Positions 44,667 through 60,937 of a DNA stretch of 64,000 bases are shown here, piece by piece. Under the pieces are notes generated by a model. It was not told where the DNA came from, made no database searches, and saw only the letters and a program-made list of their open reading frames with translations. Each line of letters starts with the position of its first letter. Positions within the stretch are counted from its first letter, which is position 1. Origin of the DNA: Eledone cirrhosa (lineage: Eukaryota); the NCBI GenBank assembly GCA_964016885.1, contig OZ024742.1:188666001-188730000 (forward strand). Direction: 5' to 3'. Made by a program: the position numbers and the translations under genes.

Positions 44667-44822
44667 ATATACGTATATATATATATAATATATATATATG
44701 TATATATATATATATGTATGTGTATACATGTATATATACATATTTATGCGTGCATATATATATGTGTGTGTGCGTATGTGAGTGTGTGTCTGTATGTAGG
44801 TATATATATATATACATATATA

Positions 44823-45085
44823 TGGAAGCCCGTGGCTTAGAGAACGTGTGAGCATAACGTTGTAGATTGAATTCCTGGACTGGGTTGTGTGTTGTGTTCT
44901 TGAACAAAACACTACATTTCATGATTCTCCAATATACTCAACCGAAAATAAGTACCAGCAATAGCTGGGAGTTTATACATGCGATGGTCTGGCGTCCTCT
45001 CCAGGAGAGAGAACTGTACTGTCACTCGCTTAACGCCATGGAAAGAGAGATAAGCACCAGCCTGATGATCCTCTCGGCTTAAGAC
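44823..45085 (+). mobile_element. Diverged SINE, family B-like
   Basis: gtggcttagagaac head and gtgttcttgaacaaaacactacattt central motif. Confidence 0.6.
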
Positions 45086-45097
45086 AGTCTTTAGGTT

Positions 45098-45640
<543 letters not shown>

Positions 45641-45676
45641 ATATATTTACACTATATATATATATATATATATATC

Positions 45677-45710
<34 letters not shown>

Positions 45711-45763
45711 GAGAGAGATTGGAGAGACGTCTAATTTTTTCACTTGTATTTTATTCTACAATT

Positions 45764-45894
<131 letters not shown>

Positions 45895-46407
45895 CTGTGT
45901 ATTAATATTCTTGGTTATGCGTATGTAATTGTATAAGAATATATGTGAGGCATTCTGCTCGTTTCCAATTCTATTTGGAACGTAAGCATTGCATTTATTG
46001 ATAATTAATGAGAAATAATTCTAATCAGTAAGCAGCTTAAACGTATGGCATTTCTATGTGACATTTTGCAAGAAATATTACTTGGCACATTCGTTTCCCT
46101 CTTCATGGAAATGCAGTCTATAGATTATAATCGATATATAACTTATGTTGAACGTAAGAAGACCGAAGTAAAGGCAGGCAGAGGAGTTGAGCTATAAGGA
46201 AATGCTAAATGTGATTTGTGCAGACAATTTCCACTATGGAATTTTCTAATGCTACGAACCATATCTTAATATACTTCCATTAGACTGAATAAACACGAAT
46301 GTACCCTAATTATATTCATTATATTCTCATGATGATGTAAAATCGTGTATTAGAGAAAGGAAATACATATTAATGTATTCATATATCTACGTATACAAAC
46401 ACACATC

Positions 46408-46483
<76 letters not shown>

Positions 46484-46541
46484 CGTATAACGTCTGTGTC
46501 AGTGTGTGAGTTTTTTGTGTGCGTGTGTACATATAGATTTA

Positions 46542-46604
<63 letters not shown>

Positions 46605-46712
46605 GTGTACAGAGTGTACGAGTGTACATTGAAATATATTTATCAGGATAACTGCAACACACATAGACACACACACACATATACAGATACACACACACAC
46701 ACACACATACAG

Positions 46713-46823
<111 letters not shown>

Positions 46824-47810
46824 TATATAGGCTGTGTGCATATTTTAGTACTCTCTCGGTTACATATATATTTCATGAAATGATGAAACTATTTCTTATG
46901 AACATTCACACCTTTATTTGTTTATAGTGTGTAGAATTTCCATAAATATAAAGTATAGTGTATAATGGAAATGTTGGTCGGCTGGATGCCGTATTTGTTA
47001 AATTATGCTGGTCTCGATTATATCAGTACCTGATTACTGTAGTGAACATCATTAAAAACTATAGAAATGTGTTTTGTCTTTGTACAAGAACGATCATTCC
47101 GTACCTATTCCCACGAGTTTATTTCTTCTATTTCTATAGTATAGCTTTTTGGTAAATGAGTTCACTTCACCCCCACGCGATATCGGTTTCAGTTACATTG
47201 GGTGACTCATTGATGAAGTGTTTTTCACTGTAGCCTGTAAATTGTTCCGAGAAAACTGTGTGGAAACCCGTCATATATGGTTGTGTGGTTGCGATTCTAT
47301 GTTTTTTATAATGTCCTGTAACTAAATTCTTCGATGAAAAGAGACCGATAATATATGGATAATACTTCAAAATAAATAAGCACGGTAATACACATGATGA
47401 AATAAATCCCTTGAAGGTGGGATTGTATCATGGTCGTATCAGTCTAATAACTGACACCAGGAGGGAAAACATCTTCTCGTCTTGCCTCATCTTACACTTC
47501 AAGGATCTTCCATTTGATACCGTATGAATGTAAGAAAATTATCAGTGAAACTTATCTCATAAAAAATACAATTAGCTGCTCTATTTTTTCTCTTCAATTG
47601 AATAACTTAAAATGTTATTGGTGGCATGTCGTGCTTTTTGATGTTTTCTTTTAATACTTCATTCATCCATATCATTCTAAAATAGTAGCTCTACCGATAG
47701 TTTCACTGCATTAACTCCTAACCACCTCGTCAAAAGAGCAGCAAGCAATGTCAACACTCTTCTATATCTAAGATACATAATGTACATGAATACAACGATG
47801 TTTTAGAAGG

Positions 47811-48738
<928 letters not shown>

Positions 48739-49826
48739 CTAGCAGAACACCACCCGGTGGGCGGTTTTCTGCTAGCAAATCTAGTGTATATACTGATATT
48801 GTGAGATTTGGATGAGAAATGTTTTCGGCACCACATGTTCACCGACTCTCGGTGTGTCTTTTATGCATGTATAAATATATATGTTATCTATACGGTGAAA
48901 TCTTTGAATCTTTGAATATATGTTAAAACGAAAAAGGAGAAAAATAAATAACTGGCGGTTAGAAAAAAATATTCCTATGAAATTTTAATCATACCATTAG
49001 GTGTGAATAAGGAAATGTTTTTTTATTGTCAAAACAAATGTTCAAAAGTTAAACTTCAATTTTTTTAATTATTTCCAATTTTTTCATGAAATTGAACACT
49101 GGACATTGGCTGCTGGAAATGGAAATTAAATCGTATTTAATTGTATTTAAATTTCTAACCTTATTTTATTATTTATATTTGTTCAATAAGAAATAAAAAG
49201 AACAAAAACAAATTGAAGAAAAAAATTGAACAAATCAAATGTAGGTTATGGAACTGCGCAATCTGATTAATAAATTACCTCATCAGCAGCAACCTTCTTC
49301 AAATGGTCCTTATTATCAGCAGCAACAACCACAAATTCAATGGCAACCTTCTTCAAACCACAAATTCAATGGCAACCTTCTTCAAATGGTCCTTATTATC
49401 AGCAGCAACAATCACAAATTCAATGGCAACCTTCTTCAAACCACAAATTCAATGGCAACCTTCTTCGCATGGTGTCAAGTCAGAACCGCCTCGAGCTGGT
49501 TACTTCTAGCTTGTGTAAGGTGTCTCTATAGCAACCAGCGATTCCCTCGGCCTCAGTGACCAAAGTCAGTGGAGAGGGGAAGGTAATGTTTCTATAGCGA
49601 CAGTGTTTCTCTTGGTAGTACCAAAGTAGAGAAAAGAAGGGGAAGGTAATATTTCTGTAGCACGTGTTTTAGAGTCTATTCACTCTCTCTCTCCCTCTCT
49701 CCATCCCGTTATACCCCTCTCGTAGTCTGTCTCATTCTTTCACTCTCACCCTCTCTCTCTACGCACGTGTTTCCACTGTCGGACAGACAGACAGAGAAAT
49801 TGCTGGTTATATATATAAGTAGATAT
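48739..49826 (+). mobile_element. Second HINE-like element abutting the first head-to-tail, with an internal minisatellite (49283-49465)
   Basis: Starts actagcagaa...ttctgctag (hairpin) and ends ggacagacagacagagaaattgctggttatatata; repeats of caaccttcttcaaa / ccacaaattcaatgg. Confidence 0.55.
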
Positions 49827-50226
49827 AATGTCAGTTTCTCTGGAAATCACAGGAGAAGAATGAGAGCATTAGTTGATAGCGTTTTCTTCCTTATAATGCA
49901 TATTCATGTAGGACAGGACGTTAAGATCTTGACAACATATTTTTCAACCGCGTATATTCTGTCCCGCACTATTTAAAATCATGTTAAATGTAACAGGTAA
50001 TTTGCTTTTCTTTGTTGTTTTTATTTTTAGAATAAAAAGTGGATATGTTTATTTTCAATATAGAAACAATAAAAAAATGGGGAAACAAAAGGAAAGAAAG
50101 AATGGGGAAATATAGAAAAGAAAGAGAGAAAGAAAGACGAAAAAGAACGCGAAGAGGAATGGATGGCAAGAGCTCTGGTGTCGCAGAAAATAGGGAAGAG
50201 GTGAAGGGGGGGATTGGGCTTCGGGC

Positions 50227-50670
50227 CTAGGGCAAGAGGGTTGAAATGCTGCACCCCGCTGACAAAATGGCAAAAGCATTCCCCCGAACGATGGCTAGTG
50301 ACACCCGCTGCAACAGCCTCCCTAACTCGCGGGGCTCCCTTCCCAGACGGGCTACCGACGCTCCGATCTTGCGGAGGGGCTCGGCAGTACGGGGTCCAAG
50401 TACGCCCGAGGTCTCGACAGCGACCGGTACGAAGAGGAAGCGGTCGGACAAACACAGGGATTTGTTTATTTTACGTTCTTCTGCGAGGCGGGCTGCGATG
50501 CCGGGGTTTGTGGCCGAAGCGACTAAGCTGGTGGCGGAGAACGTGTCGCAGCAGGTGGCGTCCCAGATGAGGGATCTACTTCCTTCGAATGGGAACAGGG
50601 TGATTCCGTCGGGGCGCTAGTCATCTCCGTGGTCTAGGCCTGTTTGTTCCTGTTGAGATGGAAAGCCAAC
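50227..50670 (-). mobile_element. 3' fragment of CRE-like non-LTR retrotransposon (restriction-like endonuclease domain)
   Basis: RPDGITLFPF...LIWDATCCDTF...FVPVAVETSGVLG...LLQRVSLAIVRGNA. Confidence 0.8.
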
Positions 50671-50734
50671 TGTGTCTTACGCATTTAAACGCAAAGCTTT
50701 TAAAATTATTGTTATAGTTAACCTAACGGGATCC

Positions 50735-51106
50735 AGGCAGTATCGGTAGAGGGTCCGACACCATGCTTTCCAGCATAGTTACGTCCCTTTACGATCTGAG
50801 TTCAAATCCCGCCGAGGATGAATTTGCCTTTCATCCTTACGGGATCGATAAAATAAAGTACCAGTAATGCACAGGGTAATTGCTGGCCTTGTGCCTAAAT
50901 TAGAAACAATTATTACGGCGGTGGATTGGCAATATCGGTAGAGGGTCGGACGCCATGCTTTGCAGCACAGTTACGTCCCTTTACGGACTGAGTTCAAATC
51001 CCGCCGAGGTTAACTTTGCCTTCATCCTTACGGGGTCGATAAAATAAAGTACCAGTAATACACTGTGATAATTGTTGGCCTTGTGCCGAAAGTAGAAACA
51101 ATTATT
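50735..51106 (+). mobile_element. Tandem pair of SINE family A
   Basis: Two units matching 30964-31350. Confidence 0.9.
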
Positions 51107-52065
51107 ACATGTATACTAATTTCGAAGGACTGATTTTCACACTACACTCCAGAATATAAAATACATAAGTAGAAACCCAAATGGACTCTAGAGGAATAAA
51201 TGTCAAACAATGTGTCACAGTAATACAGACGTTTCTATGCATCAAATCACACGTAATGCTACCACAATATCTACACAAAGATATGTACCTCATATATAGG
51301 TTCACGTGCCTATATCAGCAACTAATAGCGTAGAAAAATAAATGTTTTCAATGCAAGGTCGGAAAATATTTAAGGCACAAATGTTGATCAGATGTCTGAC
51401 TAGAAAAAAGGTCGATGTTGAAATGTGTTTCGTAAACCAAATCCAAAACTTGGAACAAGCAACAGGGTCGGTGCAGTTGTATATGGGATCGATCATTATA
51501 CGCGTGTCTATGCTATATAATTTCCTCTAAGTGTGCCCTGAAGTAGTTTCAACATCATGACAGCGACCAAAACTCAATATTAGCTAAAATTATTTAAAAC
51601 TTATTCTGATGGAGAACTGTGTAAATTTACCTGGTTGCTCAACGACGAATGCTGCGTTGCTCAACTTTTAATATGGAAACTCATCTTCATTCATTTGACT
51701 CTATTTACATTTTGTATAATAAGATTATATATTAGAGTGGTCCATTGTCAAAATTATTAGAACGCCGGATATATATTTAGCAGTATTTGTTTCAGTTCTT
51801 TACTCCCTGTGTTTATATACCACCGAGCTCAACTTTGTCTTTCATCGAGGTTCCATAAAATAAAGTACCAGTCTAATACTAAGGACTACATAATCGACTT
51901 TATCTTTCCCCCAAATTGCTGGCCTTGTGCCTAAATTAAACACCATATTTAGAATATATATGATTTATTCATCTGTATTTATATCTGTAACAAAAATATT
52001 TGCCATGCAATATTGACTGTCATTGTTTATTTCCATAGACATACTTAAAAGACATTTCATAATTT

Positions 52066-52104
52066 CTAACATTTCCCATCTTTTCTCTCTATTTGCAGGT
52101 AAGT
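52066..52104 (+). other. Candidate recursive splice site (branch point + pyrimidine tract + AG|GTAAGT)
   Basis: ctaac-atttcccatcttttctctctatttgCAG|GTAAGT in non-repetitive sequence. Confidence 0.6.
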
Positions 52105-52399
52105 TCCTGTTTTTTTTGGAAATGACGGCTACACTCATGAGCGATCGCTACTTTTGTCTGGGTATTTCTTTTTCTGTTAAACACTAAAGGTTATTTAATC
52201 TGATCCCGCTTCCACCCGCTTGCTTTCTTTCGCCTTAAATATGTTGTGAAATAAAATTACAGGTTTTACATTCAACACAATTTCGTGTGAAAATGTATTT
52301 CTTTCAATATTTTTAACACATTTCACATGAAATATTCATTCGTAGAGATTCAAAATGAAATTAAGAATTATATATATCTACATATATGTAAGCGTATGT

Positions 52400-52455
<56 letters not shown>

Positions 52456-52531
52456 ACATACACTTGCAATTTTCATTCGTAGCGATTCAAAATGAAATTA
52501 AGAATTATGTATATCTACATGCATGTAAGTG

Positions 52532-52627
<96 letters not shown>

Positions 52628-52909
52628 TCCATACATACTCATGCGTATGTGTGTGCTGTATATATATATATATATATATCGTGTTTGGTGTGAATTATCC
52701 ATTTGTTATTTTGTTTTTGTATTCGATACAAAAAAATCTATTGTCTTGAATGTCAAAAGATCTCACCTCCCACCCACCTCACCCACCATTTCACTAGTTC
52801 AAACAACGTTTATTTACAAGGCACGGGTGAGAACTATTAAGAATTTCCCCTGTCTCTTTTTCCTCATTCCTTGTTTTTGATATTGATATTTGGAATATTT
52901 CTCACACAT

Positions 52910-52982
52910 TCTCCTCCTTCTTCTTCTTCTTCTTCTTCTTCTTCTTCTTCTTCTTCTTCTTCTTCTTCTTCTTCTTCTTTCT
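52910..52982. repeat. (CTT)n microsatellite
   Basis: Direct reading. Confidence 0.95.
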
Positions 52983-54717
52983 TTTTCCTCCTCCCTTCTT
53001 GTTATTTTTGTTCTTTTTGTTGTTGCTGTTGTTGTTGGTGGTGGTGTGTTGTTGTTGTTTTTCATCTTTTTTTTTTTTAAATTTATCAAACTTCATTCAA
53101 AAAGAAATTGTCATTATTACTGTTATTATTATCCCTGTTTAGTTTCATGCAAATGTTACTGCATAATCAGGTGGAACTCCCTGTTCCTGAATAGTGTACA
53201 ACATTATGCGTAGGGAAAGGAGTGTAGAGACTTTATCTGTTAATGTGTTGCATGTCTTCCGGGTTTAACTTGTAGTTTCTTGTGTTTGATCTGTTGCGTA
53301 TGTAGTTTCTTGTGTTTGATCTGTTGTGTATGGGACTTGTGTTATTTTATTTAGTATTTCTTGTGTAATTATGTGTTGTGTGAATGTTAGTCTTTTATTA
53401 TAAGGTGTTTATTGTATTGGGTGTTTCCTGTATGTCAAGGCTTCTATTTGAGCAGAGTGTGGAGCTGCGAGCCCGGGTATAACTAATATGTTTGTGGTCA
53501 TCTTTCTAATATACCTAGAGCTCCGGTCCCTATTAGAACTGTTTAATCATCATACACGACATGTTGTATATTTTGATTTCAAACTATTGAATTTTGAAAG
53601 TTTTTTCCATTTCCTTTCTTTCAATAATTTTCTCAGAGGGAATCGTGATATTTCTCAGAGTGCACCTGTCGGTCATCCTGTGCCCGCTCATCAAAGTATA
53701 AATTAACTGTAATTGTAATAAGTTAGGAAATCTAGACAAGTAAATATATTTGCTGAATATTGTGTCGCGTATGTAAAAGAAGAACATGAGGGGATTGTAC
53801 AGGTATGCTTAATGCAAACAGAAAATATTGTAAATTGTGCGTTAACAAATCTCTTTAGGAGAATTGCATGTTGATTGAAATCATAGGACATTAATTGAGC
53901 GACATAATGTTAATTGAAATCTGAACCTATTTAATTGATATCTATACCAAACTAACGCAAAGCAGCAGATTTAATTAGATATTTTCATGAGAAACTTAAG
54001 GATAAATATATCTTTAGGGGCACGCAGCATCGTCAAATTGTTAAATATTCCGTTCGCAATAAAACGAGCTACATTCTATATGCATAGCAATTATATTTAT
54101 CGCCATCCGAGTAACGAGATAAATTGTCCATCTTGATATCATCTAAATTTAGATTTGGGTCAGGCAGAACTAAATAACCTACGTTTAGTGTAGAGTCTCT
54201 TCAAACATCAAATGCGTATTCATATCAGGTACGTATATTTTATAAGAAAAATATGAATACATATTTAACTATATGGCACAAAACCGAGTACCAACACATA
54301 GAACGTCATATGTTGAACATGTTCCTGTGACACATACCTGGATAATGACATGGTGATAGTCAGCCTTCATTGGATCAGAATGCAAATCCCTTGTTGATGT
54401 ATCGATATTCTCAGACGACGGGAACATGGAAATGGAGAATTTGTCTAAATATAAATATCTGGAGATAGAAATAACCCGATGATGAAAACATAAAGAACCA
54501 TTACAACATTAGGCATTTTGGGTAGGATAAAAGAAAACACACCGATAGATACTTAACTAAACCACCAAGACGCTATAATATACAAAAAATAACACTACTG
54601 GGCACTGCACACATATTACAAGGAATACTCTCAATACAATTGAAACAATACCACCAAAAAGAACACTATAACTAAAGCGCTCACCGCTGAACCCAATAAT
54701 GCAGTGACGATAAGCAA

Positions 54718-55056
54718 TAATTGTTTCTACTTTAGGCACAAGGCCAGCAATCACTCAGTGCATTACTGGTACTTTATTTTATCGACCCCGTAAGGATGAA
54801 AGGCAAAGTCAACCTCGGCGGGATTTGAACTCAGATCGTTAAGGGACGTAACTATGCTGGAAAGCATGGCGTCCGACCCTCTACCGATACTGCCAATCCA
54901 CTAATAATAATAATTGTTCCTACTTTAGGCACAACCTCAGCAATTTGAATAGGCGAGGGAATCGAGTAGATCGACCACAGTGCTTACTACTACTTTATGT
55001 TATCGACCCCGTAAGGATGAAAGGCAAAGCTAACCTCGACGTGATTTGAACTCAAA
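54718..55056 (-). mobile_element. Two adjacent SINE family A copies
   Basis: 54718-54900 is near full length; 54913-55056 is a partial, diverged copy. Confidence 0.85.
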
Positions 55057-55383
55057 ACAAATAAGAAGAATGAACCGGGAAAACTGATGACTGGAACAAC
55101 TTCGATCAAGGTTTGTTCAAACAAGGTTGTATTAAAACTAAACAATAACAGCATTTATATGTCAGACCTGTGAAGATGCGTTGTGAAATGGGTAGGGTGT
55201 TCCTAACATCGTGAGTTTCATTGTCGGCAGGGCGTTGTGTCATGGAGTAACACACTTCGTTGGATGTTGTCCCAATTTACTCAGCTGATATAAATGATTA
55301 GTAATTATAACGTTATCCTTTTATTTTTTTTTAAAACACTTTAGTCTTTATTGTGTTGTATCAGATGAAAGAATGGTAGTTAA

Positions 55384-55790
55384 CTAATGTATTGGTACGT
55401 GATGGGGCCCACCCACAGCCCCGGCGGACATAATGGAGAAGGCGTTTCCCCGGTGGACGGCAAGGGAGACGCGCTGGAAAAGCCACTCCAACTCGCGGGG
55501 CTCACACCTGCGGCTGGCCAGCTCAGCGCCTATGGTAGTGAGTAAGGGGGTAACCCTGGGGTCGAGGACACCAGAAGTCTCCACTGACAGGAGAACGACC
55601 GCAAACCTGTCGGAGTGCGACCGGTATTTGAGGAGTTTGGCCCCCTCAGCCCGACGTGCAGCAGAACCTGGGTCAGTCGCAGACTGCACCAGGTTGCGGC
55701 TGCAGAAAGTGTCAGTGCAAGTGGCATCCCAGATGAGGGGTTTGCCACCGCGGAACGGGAAGATGGTCATGCCATTGTCGGCCGGGATCC
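55384..55790 (-). mobile_element. 3' fragment of CRE-like retrotransposon (RLE domain)
   Basis: MTIFPFRGGKPLIWDATCTDTF..AARRAE.AK..KY..VETSGV..WLFQRVSLAVHRGNA. Confidence 0.82.
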
Positions 55791-56604
55791 AGGGGCGGAG
55801 AGTAAGTTAGTTGGAAGTGGAGGATACTCATTCGGAAGTCACGCTGCCCTTTTTTCTGCTAATAGACATTTATCAATAACTATTATTTCACTCTAACTAC
55901 TATTTATTCTGTTGATACTTGTGAGACAGTTCCATTTTAATGGCCAGCCTTGTTTAAACCGTATCCCAATGAAACTTCCTGTATCTGCAAACGTCTCACT
56001 CACTTTGGATAATCATATTCGATATTATTTATTTAACCAATTTGTCCTGTCGGTCAGTGGCCCCAAGAATCTGCAAAACTAAACTATTGTTATTCTATAT
56101 TTTTTTTATTTCTAAATGACACCCATATCTGTCACGATATCCCCCTCAAAGCAAACATTACATTTATCGTCACATAGATAGAGTAAAGTAAAGCAATCGA
56201 GGTCTCATTGTCCAGTCTTAATGATATCACATATTTTTATATCTCAAACATTTATCATTATGTCAACTTTATATGAAAGACATCAAATAATCAAACCTAT
56301 ACGTTGTTATTCGCTCCATCCTCACATCTTCAGCGTTGTTTATTTTGTCCTTTCCTTTCTGTGATAAGATTTTTTAATACTCATATTATATTACTACTAC
56401 TACTACTACTACCACCACCACCACCACCACCGCCACACCACCACCAATGATGATAACAATAATATTCATGTGAGTATTTTTACTGTGGATTTCCGGTTAG
56501 GAATTGTTTTCACAATCGCTTTAGACATAGCAACAATAGAATATTTGTATAGACGATAGCAACAATTTACTGTATTTAGCTTCATTATATTTGAGCGGAG
56601 TTGT

Positions 56605-57085
56605 GAAGGTGTGTGGTTTTGAAGTTAGGATATTCGGTTCAAGATCGTAGGATCGTGAATTCAACTCCCGTCGGTTCGCTGTGTCCTTGAGCAATCACTT
56701 TATTTCAATGTTTCTCCAGTCTACTACGCTTGCAAATCTGAGTATTACTTGTATTTCGAAGGGCCAGCCTTGTCATATTCTGAGTCATGCTGAATCCCCC
56801 TGAGAACTATACGATGTATACGCCTGTTTGTGGAATTCTCAGCCACTTACATGTTAATTTAACGAGCAGGCTGATCCGTTGATCGTATCAACTGGAACAC
56901 TCGTAATCACAACCAACGGAGTGATTCTATATATCTATATGACCGGTGTTTTTAGAATGTCGGATAGGATGCTTTGTGGGATTGGTTTCAGCTCTCTGCT
57001 CTCTGAGTTCAAAATCCACTGAGTTCAATTTTATCTTTCATCCACACCAGGTCGATAAAAATGTACCAGTCTAGTACTGTGGCCG
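56605..57085 (+). mobile_element. SINE family B-like (56605-56925) followed by a degenerate family A copy
   Basis: gtgtccttgagcaatcacttta motif; gagttcaaaatcc and gtcgataaaaatgtaccag. Confidence 0.65.
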
Positions 57086-57874
57086 AGTCTTTCTCTGTGT
57101 GTGTCCCTTTCTCACTTCAATTCTCTTTCTTTCTATCATTCACTGGAAAGAATTTGCTGGAAAAAAAATACTTTGAGAAGAGATGGCCTCCGCCAAGTTT
57201 CAAAATGCCCTAGAAACGCCGTAAATCAATACGGCACCCCTACGTCTCCTCCATGATTTGCGGGAGCATTCATTCACCCATATAAGAGGATTGCAGACGC
57301 GGCATAAGCGAATGATTAAAAGGGTCCCTTTGCCACCATTAGGTCCTGGGTATGATCGTACTGCGCGGCATCTTAGCCATTTACTATAGCCTTCGGTCGA
57401 TCAAAGCATTGGAAGGTAAATTGGGTTGACAGAAACTGTTTGGATGTTTGTCAGATAGGTTTTACATGTAATTCAATGTCTTTTCCTTTGACACACGCAG
57501 CGTCCCATTGTTGACGAAAATTTGGAGGCGAATCGGATGGAATGTACCTGTAATTCAAGGATCCAATCTTGGTACACACTCTCTCGATGTTTACCTCTGA
57601 GAGTTTCATTAGTATATTTACATGTTAAATTCCCGTTATTACTGTTCCGTTCGTCAAATAACAGGAACACTCATCGTCTAAACCGACGGAAATTCATTCC
57701 ATATGACGAGAATCACTATTGTGGGTTCTACAGAGTGTGTGTTTTTCCGACAAGAACGTGTGTAAACGAGAATTTTCATTAAACACAATATTTGCATAAC
57801 AATATCGTTTTCTAACTGCATAGAATATATGATATTGAACATGTGGTCAGTTTGGCAATAAAGCTAAAATTCCC

Positions 57875-57951
<77 letters not shown>

Positions 57952-58034
57952 CCATATCGAGCCCTCTTTGGATTTTAGTCTTCAAATTTATTATTATTAC
58001 TATTATTATTATTATTATTATGACTATATATATA

Positions 58035-58624
58035 TATATGTAGTTTATCATTAACAATCAAAGAGTGTTTAATAACATGTAATTATTAACAATCGTTTCA
58101 TCCAAGTACAAGATCTAACTCATCAGAGTACAAATCAAATCTAGTGCATTTCATCGATGCACTAGCTTATAGACTGTTGTATTGCTTGCATTGTGTGTAA
58201 ATTTGTCAATGCTTGATATACTTATTTTATGCTTTATCCCTTATAGCAAACCTTTCTTTTTTTCTCTCCTCTATATCAGCCTGTGTTTAATGCCTCTTGC
58301 TTCTCATTCTTGATCATATTTATATGATCGTGCTTTTAATGTGCTTCTTGCCTTCCTCTCTTAAATGAATGTTAATATCTGTTATTTTAGCTTTCTATCC
58401 CAGGAATGTTCTTTAACACAATATCTGTGTTCTAACTTTTGATTTATACTCCGATGAAGGCAGCCTTGTGCTTGGATGAAACGATCCTTAGTAATTAGAT
58501 GTTATTAAACACTCTTTGATTGATATTTATAAAGTATTCCGGCTCTGCATTATACTTATTATTTTACATCGAGCTATTCTCATACTGGCAATTGGACAAT
58601 ATTAATATTACCCATATTTATATT

Positions 58625-58625
<1 letters not shown>
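58035..58625 (+). mobile_element. pLTR-like fold-back with paired hammerheads
   Basis: Arms about 58036-58138 / 58438-58522; CTGATGA copy at 58084-58130 (-), CCGATGA copy at 58447-58493 (+); terminal hairpin 58541-58575. Confidence 0.8.
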
Positions 58626-58665
<40 letters not shown>

Positions 58666-58859
58666 ATACAATTATATATATATATATATATGTGTGTGTG
58701 TTTGTGTGGGTTGTTGTGTGTGTTTGTGTGTGTGTGTGCAAATATGTATGTGCGCGTGTCGGTGTATGTGGCAAGACTACAAAACATTTCGTATATGATT
58801 TATTATTCCGTACAATGAAGAAATATATTGGTCTACCTCTTGATATAGTAGGAAAAGAG

Positions 58860-58895
58860 TCTTTACATTTCGGACCGTACTCCTTCATCAGAAGA
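58860..58895 (-). ncRNA. Ultra-minimal hammerhead motif
   Basis: tctt-CTGATGA-aggagtacggtcc-GAAA-TGTA^aaga. Confidence 0.6.
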
Positions 58896-59365
58896 TAGAA
58901 TGAGAAACAAAAGATGAAATATAGAGTGATAAAGAAAACGGGCGGAAAAACTTCTTTCTTTTTTTGAGAAAATCAGATTTTTGGAGATAAAATACAATGA
59001 ATAAAGATAAAAAAATGAAATTATATAGGGCTTAAAGCATTAATATCTAGTAATTATTTCTTAATTAAGTATAAACCTATATTTACACTTAATGACGAGG
59101 CGCACAAAAGAAAATCAGAAAAAAATGAACATTTGATAATAGTATGTATAAATCTGTGTGTGTATATATACATTTGTGTACGTATGTATTATATATTAAT
59201 TTATATAATCTTTCTAATCCAATATGTCTATTAGGTAACCTTATTATATATTTCTTGGATGGCCTTATTTCTTTATTTAATTATATATTTATTCAGTGAT
59301 ATATTAATCTTCATTTCTGTCAGTTAATATTCCTTCCTTGTTATCTAACTATCTGTCTCTCTCTC

Positions 59366-59483
<118 letters not shown>

Positions 59484-59609
59484 CGCGCGCGCGGGCGTCA
59501 GAGTGTTCGTGTATGAATACGCAAAAATGCAAACAAACACACATACATACACACACACGCGGCGCACATATATACGCATGGCCTTATGCCTAAATCAGAA
59601 ACCATTATT

Positions 59610-60150
59610 AGTGGATTGGCAGTATCGGTAGAGGATCGGACGCCATGCCTTGACGCATAGAGTTACGGCCCTTGCCATTCTGAGTTCAAATCTCGCCGAG
59701 GTTAACTTTGCCTTTCATCCTTACGGGGTCGATAAAATAAAGTACCAGTAATGCACTGGGTATTTGCTGGCGTTGTGCCAAAAGTATAAACAATTATTAT
59801 TATACATAAGGTGGTGGATTAGCAGTATCAGTTGTCGAGCGTCGCTCATCATGTTTGCGGCAGAGGTACGGCCCCTTACCTTATGATTTAAATCCCACCG
59901 AGGTACTTCACCATTCCTCCTTAATAATTGTTGGCCTTCTGGCTCTACCGCATCTCCCTTACCATCCTCCGAGGAAACGCCTTCTCCATTCTGTCCGCCG
60001 AGGCAGTGGGATGGCAGCACGTGGGACCTCATTTGCTCACTATACAGAGAGATGGGGAGGGCGAGAGAGATTGGGGCGATGACATTGCACATGTAAAGAG
60101 TGTTTTTTTCATATTTACACTACTACTACCATAACTAGAAACAATTATTA
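59610..60150 (+). mobile_element. SINE family A (59610-59800), then a decayed copy interrupted by a CRE-like 3' fragment (about 59935-60130)
   Basis: FWLYRISLTILRGNAFSILSA follows the SINE ttggcctt motif; the SINE end tagaaacaattatt resumes at 60136. Confidence 0.7.
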
Positions 60151-60333
60151 TCCGATGTTCATTTGTTTTCTTATTTTCTTTTGTGTCACGTCATAAAATA
60201 CAGGGATAGATTTAACAGTGGAAACATTACATGTTTACCACATTTCCCTGCGTCGAAGACATTACTTTTTCTCTAATATAAGTCTCAAAAATCTACCATA
60301 GGTTTATAATCATTTTAGAATTGTTTAGTAGAT

Positions 60334-60500
60334 ACTAGCAAAATGGCCCTACGCTGCTCGGGATTTACTCTAGAGTTCTTATATATTTGATATATATTTA
60401 TCCTTATCGAGCCTCGTGAAATAAATACGTTTGTTTATATTTTGTTATTGTGTATGCAAAAATATCTGTACACCAATATATAATTATATATATCTATCTA

Positions 60501-60550
<50 letters not shown>

Positions 60551-60839
60551 TGTCTCCCTAAAACTCGAGAACCTCCCAACCGATTGTTTTCAAACTTTAC
60601 ACATGTAATGCTTATGGTCCTGTGAGTGTTTTGAGCAAAAAAGAATTCAAATTGTCAATGCCCTATGGACTGCATTAGGCGATTTAGCAATCTCTCTCTA
60701 TAATTCCCAGTCTTTCTTTTTAGATAGATACATAGATATAACGTTGCGCCCTTATAATATATGTCTGTATGTCTGGCTGTCTGCATTACCATATTACGAC
60801 GTCGCCATCTGTGTGTGTTTGTATATGTATGTATATATA

Positions 60840-60937
<98 letters not shown>

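Noticed and set aside
49248-49559. Gln-rich repeat protein ORF
   Set aside because: Minisatellite inside a HINE-like element, open in several frames, with no splice or homology support
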